A stretch of DNA of 63,562 nt, the filler included, from Pelomyxa schiedti (Eukaryota > Protista > Evosea): the NCBI GenBank assembly GCA_020536535.1. It is 3 parts of 3 records of this genome, joined end to end, with 100 filler letters (N's around TTAATTAATTAA, not from the genome) between each part and the next. Parts side by side here need not be neighbours in the genome. Positions count along the whole stretch, not along the records: positions 26,695 to 48,863 come from JAHLWZ010001066.1; 2 more parts are not named here. One strand, written 5' to 3'. This document shows, piece after piece, positions 34,426-48,243 of this stretch (positions within the stretch are counted from its first letter, which is position 1; every line of letters begins with the position of its first letter). Below the pieces are notes generated by a model that was not told the DNA's origin, ran no database searches, and saw only the letters and a program-made list of their open reading frames with translations. The position numbers and the translations under genes were made by a program.

Positions 34426-36175
34426 ATGAACACTCCACCATCAGCCGCAGCGGCGTACGACTGGACGCCGTCGGCACTGCGGACGGAGAGCTACTGGGAC
34501 CCAAGCTGGGCCGCGCGCGAGGAGTCCCTGTCGCGCTCCACCCACGGCACCTACTACACTCCCCCCTACAACCCCTACGAGACCACGAGGCCCGCCGCCG
34601 CCGCCGCCACCAGCACCTGCAGCACCAGCGAGGCCATTCCCGCCGGGGGGTCGACCCCCCTCGGCGAGGAGGCGGCGGAGTACGAGGCGGAGATGGAGGC
34701 CACGAGGAGGGTGATCTCGGGGTGGAGCGAGTCGCCGGCGGCGCGGATGGTCAAGACGGGGGCGCTGCTCGAGTGCTCGTTCCCGTGGCCCGTGTGCAGC
34801 TTCGCGTGCGACCCGCGGCCGGGCCGCGAGCCGCGGGTGGCGGTGGCGAGCTTCGCGAACGCCCTGGACCGCAACGTGATCACGCTGCTGGATCTGTCGG
34901 CGCTGGAGAACAGGCTGAGGCCGTGCGGCACGGAGGTGCAGCACTCGTTCCCTGCTATGAGAATGGCTTGGGCTCCCCATCCTGGTTCTGGTCCCGATTT
35001 TTTGGGTATGTCCGTTCTGGGGTTTTTTTTTTTTTATTATTATTATTCTTTTTATCCCCTTCTTTCTTTCCCTTCCTTCCTTTCTTCCTTTTTTTTTTTT
35101 TTTTAACTTTACACATGTTAAAACTTGCTGGTTGTATCTCTTTTTTTTGGAAAATCACACTTCTTGTTACTTGGCATATATTATCCTCCTTATCATCCAC
35201 TTGGGTCATCGTTGTTGCTGCCTGAATGTCACTTGTGGCTTGATGTTCCTTCTTTGGTGGGGTGGCAGAAAAGCTTCCGTTGGGTCGAATATATATCTGT
35301 GGGAGAACTCTGGAAATGACCTTATCTTGCGTTGGTGTGCACCAAATGATGATGCCCACGATGTTGTTTGTCCGTATACTGGATTAGCCTGGGATCAACG
35401 CAGATTGGTGACTTCATCGTCCACTGGACTCCTCATGTTCTGGGATACCCATGCCCAACAGGTGTGATGAAGTAATACACCCATCGACTTTCCATTGCTA
35501 ACTATTTCACATACAGAGGCAGGGGCAACCCATTTCTTATAGTGGTCCCCTTTACGATGTTGCAATTATGCCTGCAGATCCACACACGATTGCAATAGCT
35601 GGTCCAGGTCTCATACTTGTCGATGACCGAGATCTTCAGTCGTTCCGTCTGGCATTTGATGTCTCTAAGCTTAGGCACGGGACAAGTGTTTACCGACTAG
35701 CATGGACGTGTAACAGCAATTACATTGCTTTCATCGGCACAGAATCTTCTGAGGTTCGATCTTTTTTTGATTGGTATAGTTGAGTAAAAGCAATAGGTTT
35801 ACACTGTAGACGTGAGAACTTTAAAAGTACTAGAAGCTTCTGTATGTTTCCTCTTTCTTTTTTCCCTAAATAACTCATTCACGTACAAAAATTCAGCGGC
35901 ACGCTCTCCCAACCACAAGTGTTACCTGTGCCCCAGAACTAAATTTCTGCTGTTCTACTTCTTTGGACAAAGAAGTAGTGGTATGTATTCCAATTCCAAT
36001 TTTTCCAATCTCCTCACTGCTTCTTGCCCTACCACAACAGGTCTGGGATATAACTAAGACAGAATTAGAACCCTATTCACATTTCCCAGTCTCTTCTGAG
36101 CCCAGCCACGTGCAATGGATAGAGGATTGGATATGTGTTAGCCACACCAACCGGTTCTGTACCCTGCATCAATGA
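34426..36175 (+). CDS. WD40 protein, divergent DCAF7/WDR68(AN11)-like
   Basis: FPWPV..RVAVASF..NVITLL..HSFPAMRMAWAP..DFLASVGSNIYLWE follows the DCAF7 N-terminal pattern; later exons contain WD repeats. Confidence 0.7.
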
Positions 36176-37299
36176 ACTTTCATTTGCAAAACTCTACAAG
36201 CCCCATCCACCTAATCTAAAAGCACCACTCAATCTTCTCATCCAAACCTGCTCAATTCCCACAATCTTCTTCCCTCGAACTGCCCAAAACCCTGCCTGTG
36301 GTAGCCACCCTTTGTTTTTTTTTGTTGTGTCAAGTAAAAGAGTGTTCAAGCCACTTCAGCTTTTTACTAAACTGGGTAGAATGCAGCAAAATTTTTCAAA
36401 GCGTCAGCACAAGTGGTCAAGTGAGGGAGAAGGTGATGCGGATGACAACGCAACTATGACAACTCGAACAGCATTTAGTTGTACTGCTTAATGCGCAAAC
36501 ACCACAAACCAAATCAATTGAACCCACATGTGTGAAGTGTGTGTGACAGGAGAGAGGAGACCCCATGTTAAAGGTGCAGAATTGAACCCTGTTGGAGTGG
36601 AGCTATCAGGCTTTGATGTGACCACTGTGGTTCACCAGTTTCGACACCAATGCAGTGTAATTCAACAGCTTGCACTAGTTCTGCACCTGGTTTAGTTGGA
36701 GTTGGGGTGGTCTGCAAGAAGTGTGGTGGTTTCCGTTTGTCAGCTGCTTTAGCAGCAACAGAACTTTGTGCCCTCTTGGGTGAATTACACTGCTCAGCAT
36801 GCAACTGGAAGTATCTTTCTAGATGATGGTGTCCCTCAATTGGCCTCCATTGGATCCAAAATGTCTAGTTCTAAACTTGTTTTCTTAGAAGGTCGGCACA
36901 GGATATACTCCCAGACTTAGAAACAACCACAACACCCCAGCAGCAGGCAATCCTTTCATCAAACACTTTGCCAGTTCCAGGGACAGCACGAGCCACTGTC
37001 ATCAACATCCTCTCCCACGTGGTGCTACGGATTTAGATAAACCCACAACCTTCATTTAGCACATAATAAAAACCAGGCAGCACAAGACCTCCAAACCAAG
37101 TCCGTGAGCAAAAGCAGTCCGACTCGGAAACTTACAGTTGGTTAGGGAGGAGATGGCATGGTAGTTTGGATTTAACACATCCAGCCAGATGTGCCCAGTC
37201 AAGCACCAAAGTCGACCTGATGAATCTCAGGTTTTTCGTCTCAGCCATTGATTCGCACCACGACGCAAGATCTCTTGAATTCAACAAAAAGCAACAACA

Positions 37300-38052
37300 A
37301 TGGCGGCTGTGGATGAAAAGGACCGTGACCTTAAACAAGTCTTCGACATGTTCGACAGAAATCGTACGCGCGATCTGTGGTTTTACAGGCTTCTAATTAA
37401 CCGCACACAGACGATGGGAAAATATCCACCAGTGAAATTGCCGACGTGTTGAGGTATTTCACTATTTCATAAATCTGCAGGATGGAAATGCCTACTCATT
37501 ATTGCTAAACATATTCTAATACCACACTACTTCAAGAGCCCTTAATCAGGATCCAAATGACTACGACATTGAGGGAATGATAAGTGAAGTTGACACCGAC
37601 AACAACGGCACCGTGGAATTTGAAGAATTCAAGGCAATGATGGCGAAAGCGGTACAAAGTTGCCAAGTCTCTCTCTAATACCCTTGATGAATAATGCCAT
37701 GTACAGGAACAAACTGAGGAACAAAAGGAAAATGACCTGAGGAAGGCGTTCAATGTGTTTGATCTGGATCAAGACGGGTGTATGTACCAAGTTTTAAATA
37801 TCATTTGCAATCCAGACCTAAAATCAACTCACACCATAACAAAAAACACAAATAACAGTTATCACCAAAGAGGAGTTGAAAGCGGGTATGGTTAGACTTG
37901 GCGAAACAGACATCAAAGATGATCAAATACGAGCAATGATTAAAGACGCTGGTTTGTCTATTCCCCCAGCTCTAAATACCTAAACAAATCTAGACATAAA
38001 TGGCGACGGGAAGATAGACTTTGCCGAATTTTGTCGCATGATGAAACAGTAA
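37300..38052 (+). CDS. Calmodulin-like four-EF-hand protein
   Basis: Spliced EF loops DRNHDGKISTSE, DTDNNGTVEFEE, DLDQDGFITKEE and DINGDGKIDFAE; TAA 38050-38052. Confidence 0.92.
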
Positions 38053-38142
38053 ATTATTGTTGTGTATTGACACATTTTAAAACCTATTTTGACTCCTTCT
38101 AAAAAAAGTTGTTTCGGTATCTTTGTTCTATTCTTCAAGGAA

Positions 38143-38986
38143 TTAAGAAGAACCAGTTGCAGCAGCCTTCTTGGCACGAAGCTTGGCAATGTTGTACTCC
38201 AACAAACCACCTGGGATGTGTGAAATGGAATGTCTTGCAAAAGAGGAAGCGTACCAGCGTCGCGAATGGCAAGAATTTGCGGTGGAAGTCTTGGGAAGGT
38301 GAAAGCCTTCCCAGCAATGCTTACTGTACCGCCTTCAATATCAACATTCACTTCTTCTGTGCCAGTGAACGCATCTACAGCGGGAGCACATTCGATAAGG
38401 ATAAGCCCTTGGTTTATCGCGGCCCTGAAAAATTTTAGGACTGTAATCATAATATTTCTAAAGAGTATGGTAATACCTATAGAAAATACGAGCAAAACTT
38501 TTGCCAACAATGCACTTGATACCGGCATGATAAAGACCTAGTGCAGGCTGCTCTCGGGAGGAACCACACCCAAAATTGTCACCTGTAGTTATTGTAAGGG
38601 ATCGAGAGACCGTAAAGTGAAAGTAACCAACAAACAGAATATCGCCGCGTTTCACATTCTACAAGACAGTTATAAACGGTGGCTACTTGTGCAGTAGAAA
38701 CAAACCTTAGCAAATGTGGGATCGAGGTCCTCCAGTAAGTGTGGGAGAATGTCAGGCGCCTTTTTTTAAAAATTGCGTTAGGCCAAACTGAACGTACGTA
38801 ACAATAATGTGAAATGGCTGTATTCTATGGAGAATATGCGGTGATTTTTTGCATCAACAGCGAGTGGGGGAAAACCTTTGAGCATGTGTACGTGTATTTG
38901 CCAGGGAACAGTTGATCAGTGTTAACGTTGTTCCCGTACTTCCACACTTTATTGACCACCGGTGTTGCCGCTGTCTCTGTAGCCAT
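38143..38986 (-). CDS. leuD: 3-isopropylmalate dehydratase/homoaconitase small subunit (prokaryote-type LeuD/HacB family)
   Basis: [46 protein letters not shown] and AGGLL motifs; interrupted by spliceosomal introns. Confidence 0.88.
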
Positions 38987-39256
38987 TGAAGTTTTTTGAA
39001 TACGAATGATCGTTCCTTCACGGATCTCTGAGACTCAAGGAGAAGATCCCGGACCTACACCCTCCGATTCAAAAAACCTGCAGTAAATCACGGGTAGATG
39101 TTCCCTTGTTGTTTTCTTTCGCTTTATGCAGCCATTCACTCCCTGTGTGACTTCGACCTGCGGACTAATTTTAGCAGTCGCTTTTCTTCCCTTTTCATAC
39201 GGACAGACCTAAAAAAAAAAAGTCCAAAAGAAAAACAAAAAAAAACCGGTCGAAAC

Positions 39257-41005
39257 ATGGCCAAGTCAGGACTACCCGCCGTCGTCATCGACAATGGGAC
39301 GGGGTAAATGCCAAAACCACCATCAATTTTGCTTTGACATCTTAAGTTGCCACAACGCGTTTGTCGCTTATTTTATTTTATTTTCCCCCGAGTAGACAAC
39401 GTCGTTTGGGTTTGGTTTTTTTTTTTTTTTCGTCCGTTGCATCCATTTTTTTATTAAATAACAACCTGGTCATAACTGTGCGTCTGTGTAGGTACACCAA
39501 GATCGGGTATGCTGGAAACACGGAACCCAGCTTCATCATCCCATCTACGATCGCTACATGCAGACTTCCACCGGGAACAGCCGCGAAGGGTATTTGTCCT
39601 TTCCGAGGTTTGTCACCGTTTGACGTTGCGAAGGCGTGGAAGATCTAGACTTCTACATTGGTGAAGAAGCTATCGCCCAGGCCAAGGCCTACGAATTGGC
39701 AAATCCCGTTAAGCACGGTCAAATTGAGAACTGGACGTTCATGTATCGTGTTGGTGGTTTTTCTGCGTTTTAAACCACACTAAGGGAGCAGTTCTGGGAG
39801 CAAACGATTTTCAAGTACCTTAGGAGCTCTCCTGAGGATCATTACTTCCTTTTGGTGTGTAGGGAGGGATCACAACCTATTTCTTACGTGCATAGACGGA
39901 GCCACCCTTGAACCAACCGGAGAACAGAGAATATTTGGCCGAAATTTTCTTTGAGACTTTTAATGTTCCCGGGCTTTATATTGCTGTTCAAGCTGTGCTG
40001 GCTCTGGCTGCATCTTGGACCTCAAGGCACGTAACTGAACGAACTCTCACGGGTACTGTTATCGACTCTGGTGATGGTGTTACTCACATTATTCCTGTGG
40101 TATGTTCGTAATACATGTGGTTCCTTTTTCCTTATTGCCTCAAGGCTGAGGGTTACGTTATTGGCAGCAGCATCAAGCACGTTCCTCTTGCTGGTAAGGA
40201 CATCACCATGTTTGTGCAGCAGCTCCTCAGGGACCGAGAAGAAAAAGTCCCCGCAAGTGAGTCGATGGAAGTAGCCAAGAGAATCAAGGAAATGCACAGC
40301 TACGTCTGCCCCGATATTGCCAAAGAGTTTGTCAAGTACGACGCTGAACCCGACAGGTGGTTCAAAAGGGTAGCTAATTTTTTACCTATAATTTCTGAAC
40401 TCACTCGGTTTTAGTACGATTCTGTGGACCCAGTCACCAAGCGTCCCTATTCTGTTGACGTAGGGTACGAGAGATTCTTGGGTCCCGAGATGTTCTTCAA
40501 CCCTGAGATTTTCAGCCCAGACTTCGAGACCCCACTTCCTACCCTTGTCGACGAGTCTGTCCAAGGGTGCCCTATTGATACGCGACGTGGTCTTTACAAG
40601 GTGTGAAAAACCCAATTCCTATGTGCTCCTAACATCAAACAGAACATCGTCCTGAGCGGCGGTTCCACCATGTTCAAGGACTTTGGAAGGCGACTCGAGA
40701 GGGACGTGAAGAAATTCACGGATTATCGACACAAGAGGACGATTGAGCTGAGTGGTGGAAGACTGGTGCCACAGCCAATTGAAGTCAAGGTCATTTCTCA
40801 CCACATGCAACGATTCGCCGTGTGGTTCGGTGGAAGCATGTTGGCCTCAACGGTAAGCCCCGTTACCTTTCCGCACCGCTCCATCTAATTCTGTCGCCCA
40901 CAGGACGAATTCTACACAGTCTGCCACACCAAGGCGCAGTACGACGAGAAGGGACCAGCCATCGCCCGCCACAACCCAGTCTTTGGTGCCATCACATCAT
41001 CCTAG
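39257..41005 (+). CDS. ARP3: Actin-related protein 3
   Basis: [58 protein letters not shown] and ARHNPVFG are diagnostic of Arp3. Confidence 0.97.
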
Positions 41006-41138
41006 AGCGGCTGCTTCTTGCCTTGTTTTCTTTTTGGTCGTTCCGTCTAAACAATCGTGTTTCAGATAAATTCCTTCCGTGCATTTCCGTTTGTTCTTTC
41101 TTTTTTTGGTTTCCCCTACAGAAAGAGGAAAAAACGAC

Positions 41139-44091
41139 TCAGATGTCCCTTTCCTCTGGTGTTTTGTATTGCAGCCCAAGGAGTTGGAAAATTTCATACC
41201 TGAAATAAGCCAAAATTATGATTTGGTTTTGTGGGTGTTGGTACTTACTCTGTGGAGACGGGGATAGGATCACCTTTGAATCCATTTCGTGGAGCACCCC
41301 ATCTTTTCACAAGACTGTGCTCACTCAATGAATACCCCTTCTTTCGGGCAAAGAGCCTCATAGACCTAGGTGGTTCGTAAGGCAGTTAGATGGTGGAAAG
41401 GTGAGTACCGATTGAAATAGCCGGAGCCGGTGAAATAAAGTAAAGCGCATGCCCAGTTCTCAACAGGGAAAACTTTGAGATCAATTCGTCGATGAAGGGA
41501 GCCTGGAAGTTGGCATACACCCATGTATTTGTCACTTTTCTCAAGCACCTGAACCAAATCGTCCCTTTGTTTGGTTGTTTGTGATGCAGACAGGAGAAAC
41601 TTTTTTGATGCATAAGCCGTACGTTAAGAAGCCACTTTGGTGTAAAGCGGAGACAAGAGCCAGCAAAATTCCGTCAGTAGTACCTCCGCTCTTGTCAGAT
41701 ATGAGAATATCAACATCACCGCATGTGGGAGCTCCGCGCCTGCAAATTTACCGGTAAGTTGAAATCGGGACAGACGGAAACAACCTGTAGGACCCGCATG
41801 TAACGAGAGCAAGGTCTGGATTAATGGTATCTAAAACTTGCCTCACTGTGTGCTCAATGCGGGTTACTTCATCTCTTGGAATTCTTTCCTCAAATTCCTA
41901 CATTCCTTGTTTGAGGGGACTTTCCTTTGTGGAAGAGTTTACATTTACGTATTTCAAGCCAATGGCTTGTATTGTGGACAAGCTCGCTTTCGTTCTTAAG
42001 TCTTCATATGTTCGAAATCCTTGAGTGTACCACTTCTGGCATGATTCAGGCCCAGCACCTGATAGTAATCACTGGTTGGGAATTGTAACACTAACCAACC
42101 AAAAATCTTAGAGAAGAGATTGACTGTAATTTCCTTCATTATGGTGAGTGTTTAAGATCACTCTCAAGGGGAAGAACCTGTGGATTGTTGGAAATTTCTT
42201 CTAACCTTCGTAAGGCTCCTGTTTCAATTATTTCAGCAACCTAGCATCAAGTAAGAGCTAGTTAGTGCCTTGGTCCTCTTGTAGAATTCAAATGCCTTTT
42301 TAAAAATACTTTCCCCCACAGAGGGTATGCTTTTTAATTCGTGAACAGAGTTGATTGTTTTGGGATAACACTTAATGGCAGAAGCAGCTTTTGTGTAGGC
42401 CAGAAGCCTCCATTTATCCCCAGAGTTTTTGTATGTCTCTACCTCAAGATTTTTTGTACAACTCACTACCTTGCGATTTCACATACCAGCCAGTTTGTCT
42501 AACGCTCTAGTTATGTGCTCATTTTGATTGACGCTTGGAGAACGTTGGCATGCAAAGGCATTAGCATTAAGCCGCCTTCTCTTTGGTATGTATGACACTG
42601 CTGAAGTCGTTTCTTTTTTGGGAGAAGACTGCATTCCACTCTTGGGTTTTCCACTCTCGTGAGATAACATGGATGGGTTCAGTGAACACGGTATGGGAGG
42701 TTGGTCAGAATCACTCCCGTCCAGATCAAAAGGTAAAGGGTCATCTTCAGTGTCACTACTGGAGAGTATTCGACCGGGAGATTTCGCACTTTCGAGGGTT
42801 GGTGACAAAGAAGGTGATCTGGGTAGATCAGCATGCTCCTCACCGATTGTGGTGCCAGAGGGAGACGCTGTTTGAAGTCGGAGTGGAGAGAATAAGAGGG
42901 GTTTGGTGGCCAATTTTGTAGGTGTGGTGGCGCTGTTGGCAGCTCCAGACGTTTTGGAAAGAGGCGACTCATACACCAAGGAAAAATGGGTTGAAGAAGA
43001 TGAACTTGAAGAAGATAAACTTGACGACGATGAAGAAGAGGCTGAGGAAGAGGCACAAGGAGAATTAGGAAGCTGAAGTGAAAGAGATGATTTGGAAGTC
43101 GTGGAAAGAGGAGTGTGTGGCGTAGGTGGAAGTTTGTATTCCTGTGCACTGTTACACGAACTGGTTGGTGTGTCTGGTGGTGATTGTACACAAGAACTAC
43201 GCCTGCGTGGAGATTCTTCCTTTTTTGTCTTCTCGTCCTCTGATAGGCAATCCCAAGAGAGAAAACTAGATGCAGAAGTCTCTGTAACACTTGAAGACCC
43301 CACTTCACGATTGTTTTGCAGTGATACTTTGAATGGTGATGGAGGTTGAGCCGCCAATGTAGAAATAGGTGAGGGACTGGTCGAATTATCTGAGTCTTCG
43401 ATTCCATGGAAGCAAAATAGGTTTACAAGGAAAAATACCAGATAGACCATACAGCCGAAATTCAGATTTTGCAAGACAAGTACCTTGTTTCAAGGACTGA
43501 CCAGAATTAATCAAAGACTAAAGGGAGTATGCCTTACTTCTGTTAACCACTCAAGGGTATGTAGACGTAGGTTTGGGTAAGCCTTTTTAGGAGTTAGTGA
43601 TTTTTCTTCATTGGTTTACAACCTTGAAATCTGTGAGATGCAACTGCGTGAGAAGGTTCTTGTACTCGAGCCTGTGCTTCAATTAGAAAATCGATTGGGA
43701 AAAAAGGTCATTGGGTGTACTTGGTTGCAATAATATCAGTTCTTTGTCTCAATGCAGTTACAAGCACACCTCCTTGGGAAGGGTTCTTTTAAGATAACAA
43801 AAGAGGGAAAGTTTTTCAACCTTGCTCAACAACTCTTTTGCACACAATGTCGAACTGCACAGAACCAACTCCCTTAGCAACTACCATGATTTCTAAGCCA
43901 GAAAAAATGCCACTGTGCGTAGTTTCGCCCGTATCCAACGAGGCGACGTCGGTCTTTGTTCGCCGTACACCGCCAGATCTAGATCTACCCCTCCCACGCA
44001 TGTCACTTCCTTCCAGTTTTTTATTTATGCCCGTTTTGTTCTTCGCTTTAGTGACACCCAGGCAACTACGAGATCTCGCGGCCGACGACAT
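41139..44091 (-). CDS. DNA polymerase family X (lambda-like) with N-terminal BRCT domain and Ser/Pro linker
   Basis: [66 protein letters not shown] and [11 protein letters not shown]. Confidence 0.92.
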
Positions 44092-44250
44092 TTTTTTCTA
44101 ATTGCCACCAAGTTGCTTTTTCGCCAACGTTGGTTTAAGAAATAGAATAATAGAATTTTGGATTAAAAAAACAAAAAAACCAAAAATTGGTTGAGCTTCT
44201 CGGCGCTCTATACTTACACCGTTGGCATTACACAAGAAGTAGTAGGTAGG

Positions 44251-47200
44251 TCAAGATGAGTCGGCCATTTTGAGCCAGCTTTGGTAGTTTTCACGCGCAA
44301 ACTGCTCCACTTTTCGCAGGTCCGGGAATACTCCGCACAGTGTGGAAAGAACAGGGAACACGAACATTGGGAAGAATGACACCTGGAAGGAAGCAGTGAG
44401 TAGTCGGCTCATATGCGAAGAAGGGAGGCAGAAACCTGTACGCGGTCAATGGTCATAGAGCCGTCACCAAGTTTGAATGGAGTCAACCCGGCAGAGCGTT
44501 CCGCTGCCGCCTGTTGTGAGAATTCACGAAGAAGCCTATTTGCCCACTCTAAGCAAACAGGCCACGCACGGCACCTTTTTCCTCTCTTAGTATGAATTGG
44601 GAATGAAGACGGGGCATACGTGTTGCCTAGATCGGCCAGTTTGAGAATCATCTTCATCACCAGTAGCTTGTCAGCATCTTTTACCAGGACGTTGGAGGTA
44701 ACTCCACCAAGACCAGTTGTTTCTCCAGTTGCAAGTATCATATCTTTGAAGGCACCAAAGATTTCGACATGTTTACTCATATCCGTTGCCAGAATGAGCT
44801 GAGAGACTAATTTGTGGAGTTGTTGCTTGTAGTTCAATGGTATGCCAGACATCCAGGCTACGCTGCTGTCTCCGCTTCCAGTTGTGGTACATTGATCTGG
44901 TCCGTTGTGAGTTCCAATTCCCAGAGCAGCGCATAGGGAAGCAGACGAGTGCATAGATTCCAAAGGTGACATGCCATTGTACTGTACAAAGACTGGGTGA
45001 AGTGTATTTCTCAAGAAGTCGGTGTTAACACCAGGGTGCTGATAGTCATGTGCTGCCGCGGCAACAGCCATGGACAGCCTTTCAACGTTAGTGAATTGTG
45101 ATATAAAGCAAGGGAGGCGCATTATCCAATGGACAGCCTAAGAACTGAGTAAGAACGAAAACTCAGATGTTTCAAGCTCTTTACCTGCATTACATCCATG
45201 GCATGCAAACTATTGTGATAAGGGTTGCTATCATTATACCCACGATGAAGGAACTCCCCGAACTTGCGCAATTTTGGCACCTCTACTGATCCAAGTTCCT
45301 CTGTGCAATCTGTGGCAGCAGCAACCACTGTGCTCTCAAACACCAATTCGAACAAAGAGGAGTTCTTGTTGAACTCATCAAATACATTGAATTCCCACAT
45401 GGATATTGAGTGCCCAAGTTCCACAAGCAATGAAGAGTCATAAATGTCTCCTTTTTTATGGTCTACTTCAGCTAATGTTTTTGCACTTGAAGAGTGCGAT
45501 GGCGGCTTTGTTCTTGCACTTGAGGGGTGTGATGATGACTTTGGAACTGTTAACTCAGACGCGCTACCATGCTCACTGGAGACAACCTGGCAAGCCACTG
45601 CAACTTTGTACATTTCATCTGTAACAAACTCGTTGGCTCTCAAATCGGATGCTCGGTAGATATCACCCCTGGCCAAACTTGGTATGATTTGGGTAGCAAG
45701 CACCTCCAAAGTCTCTTCAGTCATAAATACTTGTCCTTGGTCATTTACAACAACTCCAGTTTCCTCTGGTCCTTGCTGCTTAGTGATGAGCGCTCGCAGT
45801 ATGGAGAGTAGCTTCTCACTTCCACCCTTTAGAACATCACATTTGGCCAAGTGTTGGTCAAGGCTTGTCTGGCTCTCACAAGCTTTTTTCTGAACTTCAA
45901 TTTGTAAAGCCTCAATCTTATTTGAAAGTGCACCGTACTGTCGCCTCACACCCTGGAATGCTGCGAGAGCCATAACTGCTACAACGACTACAAATCCAGC
46001 AATTGCTACAACACTGATGGTGATATGATTTGCTCGCACCTGTGAGGATAAGAACTCCGAGGAATCCACCACAGTCAGTACAACCCAGCCGGTCTCATTA
46101 ATTCGTGACCAGAAAATCAACCTTGCGTCAGTGGATAATGCCAGGCCACTCTTGCTGTCGTACAGGCCACTCTCCTGGTCACCCATAAATGACACAAGAT
46201 CCGCACAGTCTGCTCTTGTGTAGATATTCCATTCACTGGCATTGTACGTAGATTCTTTGACAATTTCGCCGTAGTCACAACTGTCTTGATCCCTCATCCA
46301 GTCCGTACACGCTTTTTCTGGTAAGGCAAGGACCAATCCAGTTCTTGTGATAGAGGTTATTGGGTTTTGAACATGGTTTGCCTTACTTTGAAACCAGCAT
46401 TGTATACGCATTATAGGGAAGATCAGCAGTGGCTTCAGCAACAAATGAAACCAATCTGTCAAAAAGAATATCTATTCCACAAACACCTAAAAAGGAGCCA
46501 TCTGTGAGACTGTGCATCTGTGGGAGGAAGTAAAAGTTAGTGTGTGACTGGGTTGGTTTTTGCCATACTGGTTTCATTAAAGAGACCATCCACACATTCA
46601 CAAAGGTGTCAAAGTATGGCTGACTCCATACCCTGCTCCCTGATGGATTATTTGCTGGTGTTGCTGGGGCATAGTAGGGCATTTGGAGAATAGGTATATA
46701 AGGTGACAGGTTTCCAGAAGAAATGGGGTCGAAGTACGGATACCTGTATTCACATATATTTTAGGGAGAGTACTTAAAAACTAATACACTTACACTCGTA
46801 AGAATCCGTTACTGAAGGTACCATAGATGTTGGCAAGCTCGGGCCAAGTTTCCTTCGCTGTAGTCACAAAATCGTCTGTTGCTCCGGTTCTCCACACATA
46901 ATATTCAATATCTGCAGTTGTGATTTCCGCCTGAAACCAAGTAAGAGAACAAGAGTGTTTCACATAACAAACAAGCAAACACACACACAAAAAAAAGAGA
47001 GAGAGAGAGAACAAACAGTAGTCATGAAAGCAACAGTCGAGCCTCCATAGTCATAGTCACTGCACAGAAAAGGCACTTCCCACGACGACTTGTTGTGCCA
47101 CTTGTAGGACTGCAGCTCGATCGCCGGCGGCGTGCGCGCCTTGAGCAGCGACTTCTGGTACTCTATCGTCAGCGCGTCGATCGGCGCGTGGAACTCGACG

Positions 47201-47748
47201 ACCGCGCGCTCGGTGACGAGGTCGGCGCTCCACCGCGTGTGCGAGAGCAGCGACGCGGTCGCCGACGCCTTGAGGTCGTAGAACGTGTCGAACTGCGCGT
47301 AGCACGCGTAGGCCACGCAGCCCATCGTGGCCGACGCCAGCAGGAACGTGACCGCGACGGCCAGGACCTCGCTGCGGCTCCACTTGCCGCCGCAGACCCT
47401 GGACGCGAGCGACTTGGACGCCGCGGACTTCGACGAGGACGAGGAGGAGCCCCACGAGGAGCCGAGGCGGCGCGCCCCGCCTGGGCCCGGTCCCACAAGT
47501 GCGGTCTGGTGCGACCTCGACTTGGCCACGCCGCCGCCGCAGCCGCCGCCTCCGCTGCTGTTCGTTGCCTGGCTGCTTGGTGTTGTGGACTTGCCATTGG
47601 GGCGCAGAGACTCTGGGTCGCGCGATTCAGATTTGTGATGGTGATGGTGATGGTGATGGCTGCTGGGGACTGAGTATGTTGCTGCCACGCTGCTGCTGCT
47701 TTTTAAGGGCGCCGAAGCAAGATGATGGGTGCTGCACACAGAGGCCAT
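44251..47748 (-). CDS. Membrane-anchored class I cyclic-nucleotide phosphodiesterase with extracellular Cache-like domain
   Basis: TM1 (VLAVAVTFLLASATMGCVAYACY). Cache-like WSQPYFD..MVSLMKPV..FLGVCGIDI..GWVVLTVV. TM2 (ITISVVAIAGFVVVVAVMALAAF). PDEase motifs YHNSLHAMDV, HDYQHPG, LATDMSKH and KLADLGN. Confidence 0.88.
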
Positions 47749-48243
47749 TGCCTTTTGGGTTTTTTTTTGTTTTTTTTTTTCTTTGGGTGGGGGAGAGGAA
47801 TCGAGGTAAAGTTCAGGGATGGTTTTGTCTTTCTGGGGGCCTGTTTCGTTGTCCTCTATTTCTGCCCTACTGGTCGGTGTGCAGGTTTTGTTTTTTTTGA
47901 GGAACGGAGAAGGTTAGTGCTTGTCAGCTGATGAAGAAGTAAAACAGGGAAAAAGAAAGGAGCAGAGAGGTTCAGTTTGTCTTCAGCGCAACCCGTGGAA
48001 GAAACATCACTTTCTTTTCATTAAATTGGGAATTCGTCTAAATCGGACTGGTCCGCGACCCTTTTCGGGGTTCTCGCGTAAGGGTGCATTAGTAGAAACC
48101 GCTGATGTGATGTCTGGATCTCGGTAATTTCTCCTCTTGATTAGCGACGCACAATGACACCTGACATTCCTCAGTACAGAGGAAGTGCAGCTTTTTTATT
48201 TCCACCCCGATTCGTTTAGTTGGGAGTTTCGCAGGTGTGTGGT

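Noticed and set aside
36200-37250. 1-kb intergenic region with short ORFs, considered as a possible transposon relic
   Set aside because: No recognisable motif, terminal repeat or second copy in the window.
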